A stretch of DNA of 64,000 nucleotides from Microbotryum violaceum. Lineage: Eukaryota. The notes under the pieces were generated by a model that worked only from the letters and a program-made list of their open reading frames with translations, did no database searches and was not told where the DNA came from. The translations under genes were made by a program, and so were the position numbers. Shown piece after piece: positions 40,839 to 53,437 of this stretch; the first letter of the stretch is position 1; every line of letters begins with the position of its first letter. The stretch is from NCBI GenBank assembly GCA_001244265.2, contig CDLV01000004.1, forward strand, positions 1,736,001 to 1,800,000, written 5' to 3'.

Positions 40839-43800
40839 TCAGGGCTCGAGTCGACGCGACAGTTCGCTCATCACATTGGAGGACAAAGCCCGAAGCTTCA
40901 AGCACTTGAGGTACCAACGGGCATCGGGGTCGTAAGGGTAACCCTCTGCGAACTCCATCGCCGCGAGCACGTCTTGAACGATACGCGCTTGCACTCGGAA
41001 CTTGTGCACGTTCACCAGGGGTCGCATGCGTAAGGAGGGTGGGAGAGGTGCAAGCGAGTTGAAGGCGTTCGGGTCGGCGAGCGAGACCAGCGTCCCTTCG
41101 GCATCAACTTCCGCAGGTGTATCGGTCGAGGACGGGTCGAGGAAAGTGGGCAGTTCGGCGTTCATCGTCAAGTCGCGAAGGAAGAGGCCTGTACCCAAAC
41201 AGGCCCATGTCAGTCCCTTTCAGAGATCCCGAGCACTATGAACAATGACCAGCGACTCACCGAGGAAAGGGATGCACCCGAGAGGCACAGGGGCTCCCTT
41301 GGTGCCTTTGACGCTTCGGTAAGGATCGTTGGCCGACAAGGGTCTCCGTTGACCAGGGGGACCGTACTCGGATATGAGCGCTTTGGTCACTTCGCGCAAG
41401 TGCTTGAAGTTCTTGAGGTGCGAGACGAAGACTTGCATGCCGCGGAACTTGCGCATCTCCCACGAGGGCACGCGAGCCCACGTTTTCTTGAGTCGCTCGA
41501 CGTCATGCAGCTGCAGCCCATGGATGATCTGGGTCAGAGTTTGAAAGTTTGACTGGCAGTAGCACTTGAAGGCGAGTCGGATGAATTTGGCGATGAGCGC
41601 GACTCGCTCGTCTGGGTTGGCCGTGAGCAAAATCTGTAGAATGAGAGAATTGGGAATGAGCACAGCTCTGCGAATCGCTCGAATCGAATTGAATGTACCT
41701 CGGAAGCGACCCAATTAGCAGTCAGGTTGAACCTAGCAATCACGGCTTGTACCGCCGAAGGCGATTTGCTCTCCCTACTCTCCTTGGCGAGTATCTCAAC
41801 CCGACGGCGTTCCTTCAGATGCGCCTCCCAGTCCAGCACCTCGATTTGAGGCTGCGAGCGATCTCGCCAAGCCCCACTAAACAATTCGGGCCAAGCGAGT
41901 GCTCGGAGCATGTCGCGTTCGATGAGGTAGAATTGTTGGGCAATTACTTCGGTGCGGCAGTGCAACAGGAACGAACGATGTCGTGGCGGTGAAGGTCCTG
42001 CGGATGCACGGGGACCAGCAGCAGTACGGGTCGAGGCACGAGCAGGAGTCCTGGCCAGAAGATTACCGATCGAGGCTTTGCGCGGCACAGCACGGAGTGG
42101 GCGTGATACGGTGCGATTAGGGCTGGCCGCTACGGGATGATCGTCAGAGGGTTGTGAAGGGTTCGAGGAGTTGAGAGATACCACATCTGAAGCCACAATA
42201 GCAATCTCGCAAGCTTCGAGGTTAGTTAAGGTCGGAGACACCGGCTGCTCGACCGACACCGAAAGAGAAGCTAACGTCGAAACAGAGTCGCGAGGTTCCC
42301 CGTTGGCGGACGCCCCGTCCTGACTTGCAGTCGCGAGCCAGGATAGACCTTGCTTCTTCCGCTCGCTTTTGACCATCTGTTCCTCGACCCTTTCAGCCTT
42401 CTTGCGCTCGCGGGAATCGTCGACGATACCTTCCAGTCGTCTCAGAGCGGCTTCGATATCCCCGGGTTCCTCCTCGTCCGACTCGACTAAACCATCGAGC
42501 AAGAAACCTTCGAGGCCAGGCAAAACCCCTGGTTCAGCACCACTGACTTCGTCATCGACCCACGAGATCATCATCGATTCTCGATCGTGGCCCTCGAACG
42601 AGGGTCGGCATGATGAGCCATACGAAGAGACCGTCTCAGTCGACAAACGATGGTGGGCGGTCGGTTCTCGAGGTACACTCGTAGCGAGGCGCAGATTCGC
42701 CGCTCCGGGCAACCGTTTGAGCGTCCTCTTGACTTCGACAACATTCTCATCCTCATCTGACAGATCGACGTCGTCGAGTTCGAGACAACCGGATCGAGAG
42801 GAGTCGTACTCGTTGTAGGATTCAGGTTCAAAGATCGGAATCGACGAAGGTGGGAAGAAAAGAGTATTTGGTGGTTTGTGAGAAAAGTCCGGATCAGTCG
42901 AAGAGGCTGAACTCGGCCAGCGGCCCTGAGATGCAGATTCGTCAGGTCCTGCGCAACCGATGACGTGGGTCGCGGGTGCGCTTTCGACGGGTAGCGATTC
43001 GTGAGGTGCGGTGACCGAAGGTGCTTGATCTGACTCTGAAGTGTCGAGCTGATCACCTTCGAGCTCTGCGACCGGCTGTAACGAGCCCGCCTCGACGTGC
43101 TGCGATTGCACCTCTCCACTTAATATATCCTCTGGATCAGCGACGTCGCGGGGTATGTTGTAAAAGTCAAGGTACCGGTCGAGGCCGTCCTTGATCCACA
43201 ACAGATCACCTGTGTCATGCTGCTCGTGTTCGACCGCCTCGACCGCCTCTGCGCTCGCTGATGGATTCGAGGAACTGGATGAGGCTTGGGCAACGTGGGC
43301 ACGATTGCCGAGCATGCGTTTGAAGCGGCCGATCGTCCCCAAGGCATTGTTGATGGATCGTGTTACGGCAGATTGTTCTTCAGGTAGAGGGATCACCGAT
43401 GCCGGTCTCGTCGTGAGCTTGTCCTTGTCCGAGGAGGTGGGCAACCGAGATCGATCACGAGGCGCTCCTCCGAACCCCTTGGGAGCGGTTGGGCCAGACC
43501 CCATGGCGGGGACGACATCGAGATCAACATCTTCATCTGACAGGGCGGGCGACTTGGGCATGGGCGGCAGGTCAGTCGATTGTCTAGCGATCGCGGCGCG
43601 AGCTTCAATCGTGTCTGTCGGCCCAAGTACGGCGTGCATGTCCTTGAGCCGTCGCACGAGCTTCTTGAGTCCTTTGATCAAACGTTGATCTTTCGGATTG
43701 TTCCTGATCGCTTCGTCTCGACCTCTTTTATTCAGCCACTCCGTCAACGTCGTTCTCAATTCTTGATCGGGGTAGAAATCGAGCACAAAGTGGTTCAGGA

Positions 43801-45723
43801 GCCAATAGCGAATGACGACAAAGGTGCGTACGCGAACAATTCGTCGTGCTGCATCGTCAGCGGGCGATGAGGGCGGTTGCATTGCCCACTCAAAACGTGT
43901 AGTAAAAGCTTGAAGAAGGTGAACGGGTTGAAGGTATGTGCGGTAAGTGAGGAAGAAGCTGGCCAGCAGTTCGACCTCGATCTTGCTCGTCAGTTCGGCG
44001 ACGAGGCGTTCGACAGTCGCGGCCATGAGCACACGGTGAGGAGGGGCGAAACTGCCGGGCGAGGAGCGGCCCGTCATGGACGACGAGAGAGGGCATTGAA
44101 TCGAGGACTGTGAACCGACTGAGTCTCGAACCGAGGTGCCGGGCGACTCGCTCTGATGGTGGGGTTGACTGAGGCTCCACCGACTCGACGACGAGGCTGT
44201 AGCAGGGCTGCTCATGACGGGGCTCGCGACGGCCGGCGCGGGAGCAATGCTACCTCGGCGTTGACCCCCGTCCGAACGTGCAACATTGACCCGACTGTCT
44301 TCGAACGGCTTGGACGCGACTCGTGCATGTCCTCTTCGATCTTTGACTCCCCAAATAACGAAGCGCGGATCATCTCCGGGAGTTGAGAGCACCGTGATAT
44401 CTTGCCCCGTCGTTCTGGAAATGTCCGAGGCCGAGGAGCCTACAGAGGCCGACGAGGCGGAAGGGTGACGACCAAACCGGAAGATTGGTTCTCGGGGCAG
44501 TGAATGAGGTTCGAGGGTATCTAGGTTCTGAAGCAGATCGTAGGCCGTCCAGTCCTTGTAGCGCGACTGATGCGGTGAAGGCATTTGGAGCGGGTCGTCC
44601 ACGGCTTTGGCGGTTCGAATCGAATCACTCGAAGCCACTTCTCGCATCTCGCGGCGCCGAGACGGGTCGGCAAGGAGAAGAACAGGGAGAGACGAGGCGG
44701 TATCAGATGCTGGGCTTCGAGGATGGAGCGAACCTTCGGCCAGTCGCACGCCGGCGCCGAAAGGGGTGCTCGAAGACGGACTTGGCTCACGGTAATGCGG
44801 CGTCGCTGGTGGTGCATGGCCTTCAAGTTCATCGACTACTGGGACAAGCCATGCACGACAACGAATCAAATTGCTAAGCTGATATTCCCCGTGCCGTGAG
44901 ATGACAAGCGCGCTTCTCCACTTACAATCTTGCGGCAGATCACTCTTGTCCTCGTCATTCACGTTGGACCACGTCTCGGTCTCAGGGGTGAACCTTAGAT
45001 GAGCCGTGCCGCTCGTGCTCCATCCCAGTATCCTCCCCAGTACATCGCTCTGCTCCCGCGATGCAGTTCGAGTCGTCGTGGACTTCCAGCCGTGACTTTG
45101 CGATCGTGCGGCGCCGAGGGTTGGTTGACTTCCCGAGCGCTGGAGAGCCGTGACGGTGGAGGACTTGATATAAGGCGAGAGACCTTCGTTGTCCGATGCG
45201 GTTTGTCGTGGGTACCGTTCCGGTCGTTGTGTAGGCCCGGAGCGAGGTGTCGGCTTGCGAGGCGATGGGGTATGAAGGGCGATCGTTGGAGCTGGTGCTT
45301 CGGAGGAAGCGGAGCAATTTGCAGGAACTTGGGAGGTTGAAGCTGTTGCAGAGCCGCTACTTGCTTCCCAGGTCGATGCAAGAGCCGGCGTAGGCTGGGA
45401 TCGTGGTCTAGTAAATGTCCCGAAAGGTGAGACAATCTAGAGTCAGTCCGTGCGCTGTGGCGACCACCTCGGCGAACGCCGACGTGGGGTTAGTGTAATG
45501 ATGCCGGCAGTGGCCCATTCGACTGTGCGTTCGTGTTCTTAACTGACCTGATACGGTAAATGGTCTTGCCATTCGGTTCGACGCGTGCCTGGACGTAATA
45601 GACGGTCTGTCCTCCGTCCTGGCTCGCGTAGTGTTGTGCTAAAGCCTGCGCAGCCGATCGCGAGGTGGTTTCGACGAACGAGCCGTCCAGAGCGACACCT
45701 AGATCATGCTCGGTCCTTGCCAT
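40839..45723 (-). CDS. LTE1: LTE1-like Ras guanine-nucleotide exchange factor (REM/RasGEF_N plus CDC25 domain), multi-exon
   Basis: AATVERLVAELT...FFLTYRTY...RVRTFVVIRYWLLNHF..DF (REM); IAQQFYLIERDML, ARFNLTANWVASE, KFIRLAFKCY..NFQTL, GCIPFLG|LFLRDL, LVNVHKFR (RasGEF). Introns have canonical ends. Confidence 0.88.
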
Positions 45724-46084
45724 TGCTGGATGGGGTGGTGTACACTCTGATGCGTCGTGGTGGCTTGTTGTTGTTCAATGGCAATCGCCAGCCCAGGCAC
45801 CAAGCGCGGGGTGGGTCAAAAGCGTTCGCAGGCACGCGTGACGAGATCAGCTCAAACGTAGCGGTCGCGTCGCTCGAGAGGTATCAAGAGCTAGGGCACA
45901 GCGGTAAGGTAAGGTGGCGTGTATGGTATGCTAATCTGTACAAACAAGCCCAATCCGGCAAGGTGCGGCGGTCGTAGCCGTGGTTGTCCTCGAGTGGAGG
46001 GGGAAGGCTCGAGCGACGAGTGCGCTTGGCTCGTTCGTCGGCCACTGGGCCAGCGGGCCGGCCGGGCGAGCAAGGGCGAGCGGC

Positions 46085-49000
46085 CGCGACACATGTCCGC
46101 ACATGTGCGGATACTTGATTATAGGTCAATACATGACGATATCGTATCTTTTCGATATCGTAGGACAACTATATAAGTATTTCTAGGTTGAACCTGCAAG
46201 AAGAACATGATACGATATGTGCTGCAAGACTTTTGATGACTTCAAATTCTCATGTGCGGACCGCAGCCTCATGTGCGGACATGTGTCGGTCAAGTGTCCG
46301 CACATGGCGGTCTGCGGTCCGCACTTGGCTCAGCAAAGTGCGGACCCATCCGGGCGCACTCCGAGTCCGCCTGAGAATCTCGAGCAGTTCAAAGAAGAGA
46401 CATACTTGCTACTCTGTTGGCTTCATGTCGTATAGGGACTTTGCTAACTAGACTTTCAGAGTTGACGTGGATCATGGAAATGTCTCTAAAGTTGTATCAT
46501 TAGCAGGAGCGCCCACTACTACAAAGCTGGCTCAGAAGATCACGACTCTGCAAAGTTGAGACAGACCTATCAAGCTTAGTGGCTTTTAGCATTGCTACAT
46601 CAAAGGTTCTCTAACTCACCGATTTGAAGCCCTCGAACAAGACGGAAGCGTCTTGCATCTTCCAAACCCCTTTTCCCTCATCAAAGGACCCGTCCAGAGG
46701 CATTGTTGACACTTTGGACGGAAGGTCGGTGAGAGCCTCGGAGTCGTAGTATAGGCCCCACAGCTCGTGCCATTGCTGGTCCAGCAGCGCATTGAACGAA
46801 GGTAGCAAGTCATATGATTCGCGTTCTAGCTCGTAGAACAACATAGTCACCAACCCGTTGGTGGTCCTGTTGCCGGTTGGATAAGCGAGAGGACCGCGCA
46901 TTGCGTCGAAGTGGTAGCGAGCCGCCTCTTCCCCGTAGCCGACGATTGCATCCGTAGCGAAATGCTCACCGCTGAGAATGTGGCGCACCTCTGAACGAAG
47001 AGACCAAACGAGCTCCATTTGGCCCGAGACAGCCAAGCGAAGTTCACGCGGGGGTTACTCGTGGCGAGGATACTGGTTGTTGATGTTGAATACAAGCACA
47101 CGAGGAAGCGAGGTGATCGAACGATCTGCGGGGTGTAAGAGCGTCCGATGCAATCGCTCTTGTGATAACGACGCCCAGTATTTTGTTTCTCTACGTCCGC
47201 CATTGCTGGTTGCCCAACAAGTGAGCCGAATACCTCCGACAGAGTTGGCTCGCTAAGGTTTAGACTCGATAGTAGGACGGGCCAGTCGAGGATGAAGTGT
47301 CGTCTTGGCAAGATCTCAATTTGTACGCACTGACAAGCCGAGCAATAACCAGCTCGCTGAAAGTGGGTTTCGATCTGAACTCGGGCCGTCGAGGTTGGCA
47401 AGTGATCCCGCGGTATTGGTATTGGTATGTGGTCGACCGTAAAGGTGTAAAGCGACACGAGCCAGTTCTGCGGACGACAAGAGCGATCAGCCCAATGCGG
47501 ATTTATGTTAAGCAAAAGAATCTTGATCGACTGACCGATGGGTTGCTGTATTCCCCTCGCTTGAGCGGAGTTGGATAATCACTCTTACGTTCCTTTGATA
47601 AGATGATCACCGAGCTGATAATCCGCTCGCGCAGCTTGAAGTACGCATCGGATGCATCCTTTACGGGTTTCGAATCATAGTCGTAGGCTAGCTGCGTGTA
47701 CTCGCGAATGAGGCTCCAGATCTCGAGGGCCAGTGTCCGACCTTGAAGTGCGAATGTCTCCTCCATTTCCAGCTTGGCACACATGGAGGGGTTGGTGATA
47801 AAGAGGCAGTCCATGTGCATTGGCCACTTTTTCAGCCCGGTGGCGACCGAGAGCAATCCAACCAAGGCTGAATCAAGGCAGCAGGAATGGTTGTGCCATG
47901 GACCTTGGACAATGCCAATCTGTTTGCTGCATTGCTGCATTGCTGCTCGGATCGAAGCCAAAAGTCTTCGTGGGTTGTGCCAATCGAGCTGCTTTGGGGT
48001 TCGAGGGGCGTCGAGCTGGATACTGCCTTCGGCGGAGATAATTCCAAGCTTGCTTCAGATGTGGATAGGAACTTGGAGTCGGCAGCTGTGGGTGGCGCGA
48101 ATCCCGAATTTGGCACAGGCTGGACATGTGCCACCGTTAAGTCTGACTCCGGCTTCCCTAAGGCGGCGATCATCCGTTTCCGAGGTACACGCTAGTTCTT
48201 GCCAGACGATTGGGGTTTTTCCAATAGCGCAAGAACTGTTAGGCAAGAGAGATACCGCTTTGAGTCGGGTAGGTTATACCCCGCAGATCCGCGCTTGAGC
48301 AGTCAAATACGTACATCTCGACCTCTCTTCCGTCCACTCGTTGAGCGCCTTCACTGAAAGAGGAGTCGGTCGTATTGATCGCGCCGCGCCGCTCGATGGG
48401 CGGCCCGAAGATTTGGCACGCGATTTGGAAATGGAAGCTTCCTTCGGTTTTGTGGAGCCGTCAGCCTGGTGCCCCGTCCTGCTGCACGATTCGACATGAC
48501 CGGATGAGCTCCACCGCCTTGATTGCGTCAATTGAAGAGCAAATAAGTCGTCGTCCGAATCGTCTTCATCGGATAGCGCTTGAGAAGTCATCATAGGCCC
48601 ATTTTTGGAAACCGCTTTGGCCGGCCTTGACTGCGCACCGCGCAGCTTACTTTTGCTTCGCGGATCGACGGGTTGCTGCCGTGAGCGAGCTGAATCTATC
48701 GTGACCAAATCGTCGATCTCAATCGGTGAGACTGGCATGGGCCGCGACAACGAGCTGGGCGGCGCGTTTGATGACTTGGATTCGCCTGTCCCGGGATAAC
48801 GAGCAGGAGAAGCGAACGTAGCTGACGCTTCTGGCATGTTGGCATCACTGATATAAGACGAAGGCACTTCTTTGCGTTCCTTGATCTCTTTCATGTGAGC
48901 GCGGGTGTTGCCTCGCTCGTGATAGGTCGAGCTCTTGACGTAGCCATCTGCATGGACGGGATGAGAATAAAGACAGACTCAATGGTGAAGAATGTTCTGA

Positions 49001-52000
49001 TGCAGGCGCGCCGCACTGACCAGCTGCATGCATATCAATGTTGTCGGTCAGATTCGCGAAGTCAAGAAGCCGCATCACTCCTTCCACCGGGCCATATCGT
49101 TCGTTGCCGCACGAATGTATCAGAAGCCAGTGCGACGATTCTACCGCATTCGTAGTGGTTGCCACACCGTTGTTCGCCGTTCCACTCAAATTCTTGAACA
49201 CCACACTTCGTATCGCCGGTCTTGTCCACCACTTGATCCAGCTTTCGGCCACGGGGAACTTCTCGATAGCGAACTTGGCGAGAGCGTCAATTGCTGTATG
49301 AGACTTTGCTGCGCGCATCGAATGGACCAGTGAGGCAAAGTGGCTGCGCTCGGCCGATTCGGCGAAATGTTTGAGTCCAAATCTTCGGACTTGCTCAATG
49401 AAGTGAAAAGCGCAACCTTTAGCCACCCTCTCACCGATCTTGATAGCCTCCGCCGTCCACTGCTTTTTTTGATCGTCGGTCACATTGAGTAGGCCCACGT
49501 CTGCGATTTTGCGTCCTACATACCACTCTACTATGGCTTCACGGAGACCAAGTAGTTGCGCAGCTGAGTAGTCGACAACAAAGGCGACGCCATTGACGAT
49601 CTCGTCTAGAGTGCAATTGCTATCGTTCAGGATCTTGAACAGTTGCAAAAAATGCTGGCGGTAGAAACTTGCTCACTCATAGTTGCCGACGGAGTACAAG
49701 ATGGGGAGCCAACGACGAGCGCTGGGTGAGTAGCAGACTGTGGCCAATAGTACGTATTTGTCCCGGAAGAAGGTGTCATGAGCGTCGGTAGGCCACCCTA
49801 TATTGCCATCAGCAGCTTGTTCGGCGATCGAGTCGATGAGTCGTTCTCGCATCAAAGGGGTCTGGATGCCAATTGACATGTCGGAGCTTGCTTTAGCGTC
49901 CGGGTCACTTCTTCTTCCTGAAATCGTTGAATAAGCCTTCCGTCTCTTCCTCTCAGGCTCGGTCTTGGCCTGCTTCCGTGGATCGGGGTCGCGGTCGGAT
50001 GCGAGGAGCGGATCCTCGAAACCACTGTCGTACTTGGTGTACACCACAAGCTGATGATCGACATCTGCAATCACGCGCACGACTGAGTGAAGACCATCCT
50101 GTAGGGCGCCACGCTTGCTTTGACCAACTCTTGGCGCGTGTCTGGCAATCGTCCGAGTATTGTCGTATAGTGGACAGATCTCGGAAGCGGACGGCCGGTG
50201 TCGTGGGTCGTCGGGGAAAGCGGTCATCTGGCCCATGCGTAGCTCTGCCGCAGATGCTTGGGGCGCGGCCGAACGCAGACGTTGCAGTTGTTCCACCTGT
50301 TCCGATGACGGACGAGAGACAGGCGGAGGGGGATGGTTGTGGAACCCCGAATGCAAAATGAAGACCTCGCCCGGGCGAACCTTGCGTTGCGCTTGAATAA
50401 TGGTTGCCGAACAAAGTATGTGCTTCATCGGCCCGTTGCAAGCTGAAATTGGACAGAGCGGGATCTGCGATGATGGGCGCTCTACGTTTGGAGCAATCGC
50501 TTTGCGCGAGGTGAGTTTGTTGGGCGCTCCCTGTGTACTGTCGAGCGCTTCGGCCTCGTCCCCGCAATTTGCCCTCCTTGGTACTGAGATCTTTGTTGGA
50601 GGTCGACGCTTGCCGCAACAAGATCGGTCGCAACAGAGAAACACGCCCAAGCAGTATCTCTTGCTGTACTTGACATACTTGACGTTCAGTTCCCGACGAG
50701 GGCCTTGCCAGACACCACCAGAGTCGCTTCGATTGCCGGATGCTGAGAAAGACCACAGATACGACAAGCCACCATTCGACATTGGAACGGCAACGACGTC
50801 GTCCCAAGTTCCGTTGGGTCTCCATGAATCGAGAACGACCTCTCTGGGGTATTCATCGAGCATGAGGTCGGTCATCTTCATTCGTCCTTCGTTGTACTTC
50901 GGTAAGTCCGGGTAGTCTCCATCTTCCGGGTCATTCGGATATTGTACGTCGTTCGGATGGGTGTGCGATGACCGGGAGTAGCGGTGGCCATCACTTGACT
51001 TGCGGAACTCGGCTAGTTGACGATTCTGCCGTCGCACCTCGTCGTCGGCCTCCGCTTCGGCTATAGGACGGAAGCTCGATGCTGACGCCGCCTCGCCAAG
51101 ATGCAGTGCGTTTTCAGCAGTCCTGAACAGAGTGTCTGTAGGCGGGGGTGTTCCAGTCCTGCGCGCATCTTGTAGAGGTGCCACTTGCGAGCGAGCGGGG
51201 ATGGAAGTGCAATGCAGAAATTCATGGCGATCTTTAGGGTGCTGGTAGATCTGAGGTGACGGTTAGGCGGTAGCAATTTCAGTAAGCGAGTTGATTCTGC
51301 AAGCGTTGTTTGATGCCGAAGGGAAGCAAAGACTAACCCTCATTGACAGTACAGCTTCTGCTGGCAGCGTGCCGAGGTCGAGAGCGGAGCTGGTCGACTC
51401 AAGAACTTGGTCCGAGAAATCGGCCCTGGCAGCGAACGACGCGAGCTTGACGTATCGAGAGGAGATGAAGATCTGGCTGGGAGCAAACGAGACATTGGTC
51501 TGATCCACGATGGAGTAATCAAAGCAGGAGTCGTCTGAAGATTTGCATTGGAAAGAGTTTGTCAGCGATCTGCAGGAAAGTCATTAGGTGGAGCACTCTA
51601 TGATTGTCCTACCTTGGAGAGCAATTCCGAGCTCGTCAGCAACCTCGTTGAGCACATGCTGAAGGTAAACAAAACGACAGGCTCCTGCTGTGAAGTTGAT
51701 GGGGACAGAGGGCGACATTCACACCGCCACGCCACTGCAGCAACTAAGTGGCCGGAGGGAGATCGTGCTTCGACGGTCGAAACTGAGCACGTAGAGCCCG
51801 CCACACCGTGATATCAGCGATGTCCAGAGTAATGTACAGATATTGGGTTGGAAATTTGAAGACGTATCATTAATTCTCAGAGAAATCGATTCAGGAAAAT
51901 CACGAGTGGTACTGTAGGATGCCGAAATCGACGCGCCTTCTTGCGGAAGAGCCACCGATTGAGGCAATGACGACATCGTCCCCTGCGGCCGAGGTGCACC

Positions 52001-52962
52001 CAGATCGGTGTTGGAAGTGATACCTTTGAATCTCAATGTCTGATTGAGCGTTTTCGATGTTGAAAACAGAAGAGGAGATGTAGAGGTGCAAAACGGGAAC
52101 GCGTCATTGAGGATCGGAATGGAAATAGTAACCGCATCGTCGTAATGATCGTGGCTACCGTCTTGTCTGACTTCGATCTTGCTCAAACTACGGCTTAGAT
52201 CGAAGTTGATACTTTGTGCCAGGTGGTTTTGTCCCTGCATTGCGAAGGTAGAGGATGAAGGTGGGGCCGGCACCGCGCCCGTCGACGTGGCCGCGAGGTG
52301 GTCGCCAGCCTCAGCAGCAGAGATGTTGTCATGATCCGCAGCTAGCCGACACGCGAGCGGCTCGTCAAGTTCGACGGAGGCTTCTGATATGGGTGTCAAG
52401 ATCGGGTGATGCTCGAAGGTCGGTTGCTTCGGTTGCTTGCGTGCTGGGTTGGCGTACGATGTCTTCGGCGTGTTGCGAGTTGCTGAACGCGTCTGGGGCC
52501 AGCCGTCAACCGCAATTCGGCGACTTCGCAACTCCATTGACCTGAAAATTTGATCTGTCTGACTCCTCGCGAAAGAAAGCGAGACAACTGCCACGCCAAG
52601 CAACTGCTACAGTAAGTCGGGTCTGAAACGTGCGGCGGCGCGGTCCTGACTGATACGCGTCGAACACTTAAAAGTGGTCACGACGCGACTTGACGCGTTC
52701 ATTTACCGAGAGGCGCTACCGGTGCCTGCCTATCTTAAGCACATATAGCCCAAGAGAAGAGTGATGTGCTGTGTCGTGTTTTATAGCACGTGACTTTCTA
52801 GCCGCAGGAGTGTCCACAATCCTCGATATTGATACCATCTTCAGGGGAGTAGAAGGCTAATCATTCAAAACCTGCATAAGTGCGAATGGGTCCGCACTTG
52901 GCTCAGCAAGTGCGAGAGCGGACCGCAAAAGTTGAGCCAAGTGCGGACCGCAGACCCCCATG
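46085..52962 (-). mobile_element. GCM-domain MULE transposon with inverted termini rich in GTGCGGAC/GTCCGCAC motifs; outer right TIR cut by the KDZ insertion
   Basis: 46300-46350 (CATGGCGGTCTGCGGTCCGCACTTGGCTCA...GGACCCAT) is inverted at 52885-52962 (ATGGGTCCGCAC...TGAGCCAAGTGCGGACCGCAGACCCCCATG). The exact left terminus is uncertain. Confidence 0.8.
46611..51184 (-). pseudogene. GCM + MULE DDE transposase fused to a USP-fold (C19-like) cysteine protease; 3 in-frame stops and 1 frameshift
   Basis: GCM: CLGVFLC....C...RP...C....C...HILC...HSGFHNH. DDE: PTDAHDTFF, VVDYSAAQ, KGCAFHF, TTNAVESSH. USP-like: WHNHSCCLDS, CSAC, SLRSEVRH..SGEHF...YHFDAM...MLFYE. Confidence 0.8.
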
Positions 52963-53437
52963 CACCTCGGGCAGACATAAAAAAGACGCCTAAACAGGCG
53001 CGCGCGCAGCGACCCCTCACGTGCCTTCCAAGTCACTGCCCCAGCGGGGTGCAGCCTTGCTACCCCAGGGCGCCGACTTGGCCCAGGTTACACCCAACTC
53101 TCTGCTTCGAGTCGATTCTGTGTACACACAACACTCTCACAGCTGCTAGATTGATTAGGAAAGTGGGTAGCAGATGCATTCCTTCCTTCATATTTTTCAC
53201 GCATCTTTCGGATGTTGTCAATGTCACGTGTCCGAAGCGGTCGCGCGGGATTTCGGTCCCGAGATCGAAGGGTCCGAGCACACGCGTTGGCGGCAGTCGG
53301 CACGCGAGGGACCTTCCACTTGACTTGCCGCCTCACCTCGTTGCTTTCGTTACAGCTCATTGTAGCGTCGCCATCGACTGTACAGGCCCCACGGCTCGCG
53401 TTCGTCCTCTTGCTCATGCACTTGACTCGGCATCGCC

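Noticed and set aside
41693-44899. Many plus-strand ORFs
   Set aside because: They are antisense shadows of the GC-rich RasGEF coding sequence.
49673-49675. Programmed readthrough or selenocysteine at the in-frame TGA
   Set aside because: The same frame has further TAA/TGA stops and a frameshift, so simple decay is the more parsimonious explanation.
51719-52603. 294-aa minus-strand ORF inside the GCM-MULE
   Set aside because: It is S/T/P-rich with no recognisable motif. It may be an upstream exon, but this cannot be supported.
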